This document shows positions 1 through 8,300 of a stretch of DNA of 32,034 nt, one piece after another. The position numbers and the translations under genes were made by a program. The notes under the pieces were generated by a model. That model had not been told where the DNA came from. It saw only the letters and a program-made list of their open reading frames with translations, and searched no databases. The stretch spans positions 1 through 32,034 of the forward strand of contig JAOPZY010000159.1 in NCBI GenBank assembly GCA_025963875.1. The letters run 5' to 3'. Positions within the stretch are counted from its first letter, which is position 1. Every line of letters begins with the position of its first letter. This DNA is from Actinomycetota bacterium. Its GTDB lineage: Bacteria; Actinomycetota; CADDZG01; JAHWKV01; JAOPZY01.

Positions 1-2
1 GC

Positions 3-185
3 TCCGGATTGCTCGGGAGTCTCCTCGCCGACCTCCTGAACGTCGTCGGCGGTGTGGTGGTGCCGCTGGTGCTCGGTATCGTGGGCAGCCTCACCAGTCT
101 CCTGGGCATCACCGTCGGCAGTGCGGACTACGTTGGGATCCGGCCCATGGATCCGGTGTGTGCCGCCCCGAAGCTCGCGAGCTAG
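3..185 (+). CDS. 3' end of a probable TadG-like / Tad pilus-associated membrane protein (truncated by window start)
   Basis: Frame 3 is open from the window edge to TAG at 183-185: SGLLGSLLADLLNVVGGVVVPLVLGIVGSLTSLLGITVGSADYVGIRPMDPVCAAPKLAS*. The Leu-rich stretch ending LLGxxVGxAD...C..PKL resembles TadG-like C-termini. Not in the ORF track. Confidence 0.5.
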   Translation, partial: SGLLGSLLADLLNVVGGVVVPLVLGIVGSLTSLLGITVGSADYVGIRPMDPVCAAPKLAS

Positions 186-201
186 AGGACTGGGCGGCCG
201 A

Positions 202-1893
202 TCAAGCGCTGATGAGGTCGCGACGGCGGAACAGCGCTGCACCGCCGAGCGCGCCGGCGGCCCCCAACGCCACCATCGCAGCCGCGCTGCCCCAACGCGG
301 CGGGGCTGCCGGGGCCGGAGCCAGGTGATAGAGGATGGACGTGTCCAGCACCCAGTGGCTCGTGTTGATCACCGATCCGACGAACTCGACGAGGAAGCTC
401 CAGGCGATGATCCCGTAGGTCACCGGTGTCACGAGCCGTGGGAGGGCCCCGTGCACCAGGGTGCCGGCCCCGAGTAGGAGCACCGCCGGTGGGACCGCGT
501 TCAGGCCGCCCTGGAGCAGGCTGCCGAAGCCCACCCCGCTGTGCTGGGTGACGGCACCAATCCATGTTGCTGCCCCCGCCACCAGACCGAGGCCCGCGAG
601 GATCCCGGCCTCCACGCCCAGGCGTCCGGCCAGCCATGACCACCGTCCGATCGGGCGGACCAGCAGGTTGTCCAGGCGGCCGGTGGCCTCCTCCTCCCGG
701 TTGGCCGCCGTCTGCCCCGCTGCCACGAGTGTCAGGGCGATCGCGGAGATGAGAAACGAGAGACCGAGGTACGCAACCACGCCCCCGTTGCGGCCCCCGA
801 GCCTTCCCAGGGCACGCTCGACCGCGGCCGAGCCGGTGACCGCTGTGGCGGCCCCCTTGGCGATGAGACCCTCGACGAAGCCCATCCCGGCAACCGCGAC
901 CAACCATGCCAGCGCGGTGGGCCGCAGCAGGCGGAGGCCGAGCCCGGTGGGGCTGTCGAGCAGCCGGGTCCTCGGGGGGGCGGTGTCGCTCTCGGGCAGG
1001 ATGCTGTCGCCCATGTCGCGGGCCCCGGCGAGCTGCACCGCGGCGACGGCGAGGCCGGCGGTGAACACGCCGATGGGCACGAGCGGCAGCAGGTGCGTCC
1101 CGACCAGGGGGCGGATCTCCTCGACCCAGCCCAGCGGGCTGGCCCAGCGTAGCCATCCCAGCGCCGGGCTCACGTCGGCCACCATCCGGAGCAGGTACGC
1201 CACGCCGAGGCAGGCTCCGGCGATCGTGGCGGCCCGGCGGCGGGTGCGGGCGAGCTGGCTGGTGAAGGCCCCGACCGCGAGGAACATCGCTGCGCCGCAG
1301 GTGATCGAGAGGGCGTAGAACACCCAGGCCCTGGGCGACAGCGCCGGATGCACCGTCGCGCCGTCGGCGACTGCGGCGATGGCGGTGACGCAGAGCAGGA
1401 CCAGCCATCCCATGGCCAGCCCGGCCACCCCCTGCGCAGCGGCCCGCCGGCGCGTGGTCTGCCCGCAGACCAGCAGCTCCCACCGACCCGCCTCTTCCTC
1501 GCCCCGCAGGAGGCGAGTCGACGCCAGGAGGCCCCAGACGGCGCCGATCGCCGTGAGCGTGACGCTCGTGCGCCAGGAGGCGAAGCCGGCGACGGTGTCG
1601 ATGCGACGGGCGGGGCCGATGAGCGCCTGGAGCCCCACGTTGGCACTGAACGACCGGGCAAGCTGCTCTCTCGCTGCCTGCGTCTTGTACGTGAGTGCGA
1701 AGCCCGAGATCGAGCCGACGACGTAGGCAGCGAAGACATAGCCCCACGCGATCACCGACCGCACCGCCCTGCGGGCAACGAAACGGGCGATCACCGTCGT
1801 GGGGGAGTGGCCGGCCGGCTGAACCGACGGCCTCGGGGACCGCGTCAGGGTCTCAGTGGCCGCCGTGGGCCAGCTCCGTCTGAGGTGCTCCAC
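202..1893 (-). CDS. ABC-2 type exporter permease (two-repeat, about 12 TM; polyketide/antibiotic exporter type)
   Basis: 563-aa hydrophobic ORF with duplicated motif RGEEEAGRWELL / REEEATGRLDNLL and LRWASPLGW; directly downstream of and overlapping an ABC ATPase. Exact start uncertain. Confidence 0.88.
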   Translation of the reverse strand: MEHLRRSWPTAATETLTRSPRPSVQPAGHSPTTVIARFVARRAVRSVIAWGYVFAAYVVGSISGFALTYKTQAAREQLARSFSANVGLQALIGPARRIDTVAGFASWRTSVTLTAIGAVWGLLASTRLLRGEEEAGRWELLVCGQTTRRRAAAQGVAGLAMGWLVLLCVTAIAAVADGATVHPALSPRAWVFYALSITCGAAMFLAVGAFTSQLARTRRRAATIAGACLGVAYLLRMVADVSPALGWLRWASPLGWVEEIRPLVGTHLLPLVPIGVFTAGLAVAAVQLAGARDMGDSILPESDTAPPRTRLLDSPTGLGLRLLRPTALAWLVAVAGMGFVEGLIAKGAATAVTGSAAVERALGRLGGRNGGVVAYLGLSFLISAIALTLVAAGQTAANREEEATGRLDNLLVRPIGRWSWLAGRLGVEAGILAGLGLVAGAATWIGAVTQHSGVGFGSLLQGGLNAVPPAVLLLGAGTLVHGALPRLVTPVTYGIIAWSFLVEFVGSVINTSHWVLDTSILYHLAPAPAAPPRWGSAAAMVALGAAGALGGAALFRRRDLISA

Positions 1894-2779
1894 CGTCTGG
1901 CCCGTAGTGGGCGAGGAACAGCTCCTCGAGCGATGGCTCCCGGCTCAGCAGCTCCCGCACGTTCGTGCCGGCGAGCGCCTTCAGCAGGGGGTCCATGGGG
2001 CCGGTGACCTGGCAGCGGAGCCGGTTGCCGTCCACTGCCACGGCCTTCACGCCGGGCACCCCGGTGAGGTTCGGCGGCGGTCCCTCGAAGAGGATCTCCA
2101 CGCTGAGCGCAGAGAGATGTCGCATCTCCGCCAGCGTGCCGATCTCGACCAGGTGCCCGGCTCGCAGGATCCCCACCCGGTCGCACAGCGCCTCGACCTC
2201 GCTCAGGATGTGCGACGAGAGGAACACCGTCTGGCCGTTGGCCTTCGCCTCGGTCACCGACCGGCGGAACGCCTGCTCCATCAGGGGGTCGAGGCCGCTG
2301 GTGGGCTCGTCGAGGATGAGCAGGTCGGGCCGGCCCATGAGGGCGGCGATCAGCACCAGCTTCTGGCGGTTGCCCTTCGAGTAGGCCCGCACCTTCTTGG
2401 AGGGGTCCAGGTCGAACCGGGCGATGAGCTCCGCCCGGTAGGAGGGGTCGACCCTGCCCTGGACCTCACCGAGCAGGTGCAACGTCTCTTCGCCCGTGAG
2501 GGCAGGCCACAGCGTTGCCTCGCCGGGACAGTAGGCCAGGCGTTTGTGTGCCTCGACCACGTCGCGCTGGCTGTCCAGCCCGAAGATCTGCGCACCTCCC
2601 GCAGAAGGCCGCACGAGCCCGAGCAACAGCCGGATGGTGGTGGTCTTCCCGGCCCCGTTGGGACCGAGGTAGCCCAGGACCTCGCCCTGGGCGACGTCCA
2701 GATGCAGGTCGACGAGGGCCTCGACCCGTCCGAAGCGCTTCGTCAGCCCCTCCGCACGGATGGCGGGTGTCGACTCCAT
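1853..2779 (-). CDS. ABC transporter ATP-binding protein
   Basis: Walker A GPNGAGKTT, signature YSKGNRQK, Walker B LLILDEPT, switch SSH. Confidence 0.95.
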   Translation of the reverse strand: MESTPAIRAEGLTKRFGRVEALVDLHLDVAQGEVLGYLGPNGAGKTTTIRLLLGLVRPSAGGAQIFGLDSQRDVVEAHKRLAYCPGEATLWPALTGEETLHLLGEVQGRVDPSYRAELIARFDLDPSKKVRAYSKGNRQKLVLIAALMGRPDLLILDEPTSGLDPLMEQAFRRSVTEAKANGQTVFLSSHILSEVEALCDRVGILRAGHLVEIGTLAEMRHLSALSVEILFEGPPPNLTGVPGVKAVAVDGNRLRCQVTGPMDPLLKALAGTNVRELLSREPSLEELFLAHYGPDGGAPQTELAHGGH

Positions 2780-2828
2780 CCTTTGCGACCTCGGCGACTG
2801 AAGGTGAAAAGGAAACGGCTACCAGATC

Positions 2829-3392
2829 TTACTCACCTCCACGTCCAGCGGCCGCCCGGGCCGCCCATTCGTCGGCCAGCGCCGCCCACCGTTCGTGATC
2901 GCGCCACACATCCCCGATCCTCAGGTACCGAGGGGAGAAGCCCTCCCGCTGGAAGCCGACGCGCTCGACGAGGGCCAGGGACGCAGTATTGGCGGGCTGG
3001 ACGTTGGCCTCGACCCGATGCAGCGACAAGTCTCCAAAGGCAAGCCGGAGGACGAGGGTGAGCCCCTCGGTCATGTAGCCCAGGCCGGCGTACGGCACGA
3101 ACGCGTAGAAGCCCAGGTAGGCCGACTGCAGGTTGCCCCGCTGGATGGCGCTCAGGTTGGCGAGGCCCACCAGCGCTTCGTCGTCGTTCCGGCGGATGAG
3201 CAGGCTCCGGAAGTTGTCCTCTCCGCAGCGAGCGACGTGGGCCCGGAAGGCGGCTTTGGTGGCGGGCGGCGAGACCCACGGGCGGTGGAGGGGGCGGCTG
3301 GCGGAGACCGCGGCGAGGAACTCCGGGGCGTGGGCGGGCTCCGGCGTCTGGAGGTGGACGCGGACCGGGGCCGCCTCCATCGCAACGTTCAT
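2829..3392 (-). CDS. GNAT family N-acetyltransferase, RimJ/RimL type
   Basis: SAYLGFY, GLGYMTEGL, LHRVEANVQPANTASLALVERVGFQREG, WRDHERWA. Start probably ATG 3392 or 3380 rather than 3425. Confidence 0.9.
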   Translation of the reverse strand: MNVAMEAAPVRVHLQTPEPAHAPEFLAAVSASRPLHRPWVSPPATKAAFRAHVARCGEDNFRSLLIRRNDDEALVGLANLSAIQRGNLQSAYLGFYAFVPYAGLGYMTEGLTLVLRLAFGDLSLHRVEANVQPANTASLALVERVGFQREGFSPRYLRIGDVWRDHERWAALADEWAARAAAGRGGE

Positions 3393-3414
3393 CCTTGGAT
3401 GGTACGCATGCCGG

Positions 3415-3461
3415 TGATATCGCACTGCGATGTCGATATACGATATCGCTCAACGATATGG
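3415..3461. promoter_or_regulatory. Putative PadR-family operator array (four CGATATCG-like boxes, 13-bp period)
   Basis: TGATATCG 3415-3422, CGATGTCG 3428-3435, CGATATCG 3441-3448, CGATATGG 3454-3461; overlaps the padR start codon in a divergent intergenic region. Confidence 0.65.
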
Positions 3462-3766
3462 ACGTCGTGCGGGAGTTCCAGCGGGGGGCGATGCGCCTGC
3501 ATGTGCTGCACCATGCGGCGGCCGGCGAGGTGCACGGGGCCTGGCTCATCGAAGAGCTGGCCCGGCACGGCTACCCGGTGAGCCCCGGGACGATGTACCC
3601 GTTGCTCGCACGGCTGGAGGCCGCGGGCCTCCTCAGCTCGCGCCCGGAAGTTGTCGACGGGCGGCAACGGCGCCGCTACCGCGCCACGCCCGAGGGCCGG
3701 AAGGCGCTCGGCGCCTGCCGGCGGGCGCTGCGCGAGCTCGCCGGAGAAGTCCTGGCCCGGCGGTGA
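3458..3766 (+). CDS. PadR family transcriptional regulator
   Basis: MDVVREFQRGAMRLHVLHHA..HGAWLIEELARHGYPVSPGTMYPLLARLEAAGLL..RRRYRATPEG winged-helix pattern; stop overlaps the chrA start (GTGA). Confidence 0.92.
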   Translation: MDVVREFQRGAMRLHVLHHAAAGEVHGAWLIEELARHGYPVSPGTMYPLLARLEAAGLLSSRPEVVDGRQRRRYRATPEGRKALGACRRALRELAGEVLARR

Positions 3767-4917
3767 GCCCCGCCGACCCCCCGCGGGTCTCCCTCGCCAC
3801 CATCGCCCTCGAGTGGGGCCGCATCGGTGTCACGGGGTTCGGGGGGCCACCGGCCCACATCGCGGCGCTCCGCCGGCTCTGCGTCGAGCGCCACCGATGG
3901 CTGTCGGCCCAGGAATTCGAGGACGGCATCGCCGCCACGGGTCTCCTGCCCGGCCCGGCCTCGACGCAGCTCGCCATCTACTGTGCCTGGAGGCTGCGCG
4001 GCCCCGCCGGGGCGCTGGTCGGGGCGCTGTGCTTCGTCGTGCCCGGCCTCCTCGTGATCCTGGGTCTCTCCGCCCTGTTCCTTGAGGCACGCCCGCCCCT
4101 GCCGGTCCTCGGAGCGGCCGCGGGCGCGGGGGCAGCCGTGCCGGCGGTCGCGCTCCAGGCGGCGGTCGGCCTCCTGCCGGCCAGCCGGCGCCGGGCAGGG
4201 GACTCCGGCCGGTGGCGCTGGGGGTGCTACCTGGTCGCCGGGGCAGCGGCGGCGGCCGCGATCGGGCCCTGGCTCGTTGCGGTCATCGGCGCCTGTGGCG
4301 TCACCGAGGCGCTGTGTCGATCCGACCGCCGGCCACATTGGAGCGTCCTGGCGCTGCCGCTGGGGGTTGCGGCGGGCGCGGGCGGCCTGCTGTCCCTGAG
4401 CTGGGTGGCGTTCAAGGTGGGTGCACTGTCGTACGGGGGCGGTTTCGTCATCATCCCGCTCATGCAGCACGACACGGTCGTCTCGTATCACTGGATGACC
4501 AGCAGCCAGTTCCTGGCAGCCGTCGCCCTCGGCCAGCTCACCCCGGGACCCGTGGTGCTGACCGTGGCCGTGGTCGGCTACGCCGCCGCCGGGGCGGCGG
4601 GTGCCGTACTGGCGGCGGTCGTGGCCTTCGCCCCCTCCTATGGGTTCATCCTGCTCGGGGCGCCACATTTCGCCGCGCTGCGGGCGAGCTCCACGGTCCA
4701 GGGGTTCCTTGCCGGGGCGGGACCGGCGGCCGTCGGCGGTATCGCGGGGGCTGCCATCCCCCTGGGGCTTGCCCTCGGTCACCCCTGGCAGCTGGCGGTG
4801 CTGGCCGTGGCGGCGGCGTGGCTGCTCCTTCTGCGGCGAGGCGTCGTGAGCGCCCTCGGCGGGGCGGCTGCCCTCGGCGTGCTGGCGGCGTTTGCCGGGA
4901 TGCCAATGAGCCGCTGA
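3763..4917 (+). CDS. chrA: Chromate efflux transporter (CHR family, two-domain long chain)
   Basis: GFGGPPAHI, LLPGPASTQLAIY, GALSYGGGFVIIPLM, GQLTPGPV; GTG start at 3763 coupled to the padR stop. Confidence 0.93.
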   Translation: MSPADPPRVSLATIALEWGRIGVTGFGGPPAHIAALRRLCVERHRWLSAQEFEDGIAATGLLPGPASTQLAIYCAWRLRGPAGALVGALCFVVPGLLVILGLSALFLEARPPLPVLGAAAGAGAAVPAVALQAAVGLLPASRRRAGDSGRWRWGCYLVAGAAAAAAIGPWLVAVIGACGVTEALCRSDRRPHWSVLALPLGVAAGAGGLLSLSWVAFKVGALSYGGGFVIIPLMQHDTVVSYHWMTSSQFLAAVALGQLTPGPVVLTVAVVGYAAAGAAGAVLAAVVAFAPSYGFILLGAPHFAALRASSTVQGFLAGAGPAAVGGIAGAAIPLGLALGHPWQLAVLAVAAAWLLLLRRGVVSALGGAAALGVLAAFAGMPMSR

Positions 4918-5399
4918 GCTGGAGGTCGAATTCGGCGCCCAATTCACCGGCCAATTCTTCGCACCAATTCGGCGGCGGTTCGCCTGGGCTCCCTCCGCAT
5001 TGCAACGCCTTCTACAGCTGGCCATTGGCGGGCCGCCAGCCAATGTCAAGGATTGAACTTTTCGGCCATGGGGTATATTCATCTCTCCATGCCAGAGATG
5101 AGCGCGATGTGCCTTCTCGCAATTTTGGTCGCCACCGGCGGCTCACTTTGGCATCGCATCCTTCCCACCCCCCGGCCTCATCCCGTCGAGGGGCTCGTCA
5201 CGCCCACGTCCAGCCAGAGGTCTACCGTGCCGCAGCTCGGCGGCGGCAGCGTGCGGCTGGTCGGGGCCCGGGATACGAGATGCCTATCGGCCACACGAAC
5301 GTTGCCCGCCGCGTAGCTGCCGAACCACCTCCAGCAGCGCCGGCACCAGCCCCATTCGAGCTTTCCCGGCGCTGCTGAACACGAGCTCCGCCGGGACCG

Positions 5400-8300
5400 A
5401 TGTATCCGACGGAGTCCCCCGTGTCCTGGTCCTATCAGAAGGATTCCACCTGGCGGCGGCTGCCGGTCCCGCTTCCGGGACTGGGCCCCCTGTCCGGCGT
5501 CGCCTCGTTTCTGGCCAACCTTCCGCTGCTCGGGACCATCCTCGCCCTGATCGTGCTGCTCCTCGTGGGGGCGGTCGTGCTCGCCGGGGTCGTGCTCTTC
5601 GTGGTGCTCGGGCCCATTTCCATCCCGAAGGAGCTTCCATCTGCCACTGCCAAGACCACTACCGTCTACGCGCCGGATGGCAGCGTCATCACGAGCTGGC
5701 ATGGCGCCATCAACCGCCAGCCGGTCGCCCTGGACCGCATCTCCAAATATCTGCCGCAGGCGGTCGTCGCCGAGGAGGACGCCCGCTACTACTCCAATCC
5801 GGGCATCGATGTCCGCTCGGCGATCCGGGCGGCGATGGCCGACCTCCGGTCCGGCAAGGTCGTCGAGGGCGGCTCGACGATCACCCAGCAGTACGTGAAG
5901 GTTGCCTTCGTCGGCAACAAGCCCTCGCTCGGCCGCAAGATCCTCGAGGCCCGGATCGCCCTGGAGATCTCGCGCCACCTGAGCAAGAACGAGATCATGA
6001 ACCGCTACCTCAACACCGTGTACTTCGGCAACGGGGCCTACGGTGCGCAGGCGGCCGCCAGGGCCTACTTCGGCAAGGATGCCGCCGACCTGTCGATTTC
6101 CCAGGCGGCGATGCTGGCGGGGATCATCCACTCACCCGACCACGACTCGCCCCTGACGAACCCGGCGGGCGCCGAGGCCGACCGCCTCCGGGTCGTGGGC
6201 CGGATGGAGGCGTTGGGTCAGATCTCCCACGCCGAGGCCGACCAGGTTCGGGCCGACAAGCCCACCCTGGTCACGCCGGTCCCGGACAACCCCCACTTGG
6301 CGTGGTTCCTGGACGCTCTGCGCGCGCAGATGATCCAGCGCTATGGAGCGAAGGCCGTGTACGAGGGAGGCCTGCAGATCCACACGACGGTGGACGCGGG
6401 CATGCAGGCGGGAGCCGAGGCCACGCTGGCGGCGGCCCTCCCCAACCCCGCCGATCCGTACGGGGCACTCGTGACGGTCGATCCCGCCACGGGGTTTGTG
6501 AAGGCGGTTGTGGGGGGCCGGGCCTACGGCACCGAGAAGTTCAACATCGCGACGATGGGCCGGCGCCAGCCCGGCTCTGCGTTTAAACCCTTCGTGCTGG
6601 CGGCCGCCCTCGAGCACGGGATCTCGCCGCAGGCCTATTACCAGGGGCCGGCACGCCTCTGTCCCAAGGGATGGATTCCCGGCTGCGTCAGCAACTTCGG
6701 CGGCGAGTCCTTCGGCGGCATCAGCGTCACCGACGCCACGGTCAACTCCGTCAACACCGTCTATGCGCAGCTGATCCTCCAGGTCGGGCCGAAGGCCGTG
6801 GTCGATGTCGCGAAGGCGATGGGGATCCCCGCCCCCGGCGGCATCGTGCCCCCCCTGGTCGCCTGCAGGCCGGCCGGGAGCGACATCTGCCAGACCTACC
6901 TGCCGGCCGTCCCCTCGCTCGCCCTCGGCAGCGCCAGCGTGACGCCGCTGGAGATGGCATCGGCGTACGCCACCTTCGCCGCCGGCGGGGTCTACCGGGC
7001 CCCGAAGCTGGCGTCCCAGGTCGTCGATGCGACGGGGAAGGTCCTCGACGACGGACCCTCGCCCCCAGTGCAGGCCATCCCGTCGGCAGTCGCGGACCAG
7101 GTCACCCAGATCCTGCAGCAGGTGATCACCAGGGGCACCGGGACGGCAGCCGCCATCGGCCAGCCCGCCGCGGGCAAGACCGGGACGGCCACCGACTATC
7201 GCAACGCATGGTTCGTGGGCTACACACCGGCGCTCGCAACGGCGACCTGGGTGGGGTACCGGGACACGAACCAGTCCCTCCTGAACGTCGAGGGCGTGGC
7301 GCAGATGACCGGCGGGACGATCCCGGCCAAGATCTGGTCGAACTACATGAAGGGTGCGGTCGACACGTCTCCGCCCGTGACCTCGGTGACCTCCGGGCCC
7401 GCGGACGGGACGGCCACCAACCAGAAGACCCCCTCCTTCGGCGGCGCTGCCAGCGATGACGACGGGAGTGTGACCTCCGTGGAGGCGAGCGTCGACGGGG
7501 GACCGTTCGCCACCGCCGGGGTCTCCTGCGCGGGCTGCCCGGCCGCCAAGGTCACGTGGAGCTACGTAGCGCCCACCGCCCTGGCCGACGGCTCGCACAC
7601 CTTCGCCTTCCGCTCCATCGACACCGGGCAGCACGATTCCCCCCTCGTCACCCGGACGGTCACCGTCGACACGGTGCCGCCGGTGCCGGCCGGCGTGCAG
7701 GCCACGGGGGGCGGGACCACACTGACCCTCGCCTTCTCGAAGCCGTTGCTCTGCTCCTCGCTCTCCCCGGCCAGCTTCTCGGTCAGGCTGGGGGACCGCT
7801 CGGGTGTGGTCACCGGCGTCTCGTGCCCCGGCACCGCCTCGCCGTCGGTCGTCGTCACCCTCTCCTCCCCGCCCCGGGGAGGCGATCAGGTGGCGGTCAC
7901 GGTGGTCAACCTGAGGGCCGGTCCGACCGATCAGGCCGGCAACCAGGTGGCCGACCCCCGCACCGTGACGGCGACGGCCAGCAACGTCGCGCCGGTCGCC
8001 GGCATCACCGGCGGGATGCCGGACGCAACCCTCACGTCCAACGCCCAGCCCGGGTACCAGGGCACGACCCAGGACCCCGACGGCAACGTCACGTCCGTCG
8101 TGGCGAGCGTCGACGGCGGGCCCTTCAGCGACGCTGGGATTTCCTGCCAGGGCTGCTTCAACGGCGCCCCGGTGGGAGGGCCGGCGTCCTGGTCCTGGCG
8201 GGCGCCGCAGCGGCTCGTCGACGGCACCCACACCATCGCCGTGCGGGCCGTCGACAACGCCGCCGCAGTCTCGCCGGCCGTCACCCGCACGGTCACCGTG

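Noticed and set aside
4212..5399. In-frame upstream extension of the PBP interrupted by TGA at 5376-5378 (possible pseudogene or readthrough)
   Set aside because: The upstream frame has poor codon bias and no recognisable domain; the ORF from 5400 already has a normal short cytoplasmic tail and TM anchor.
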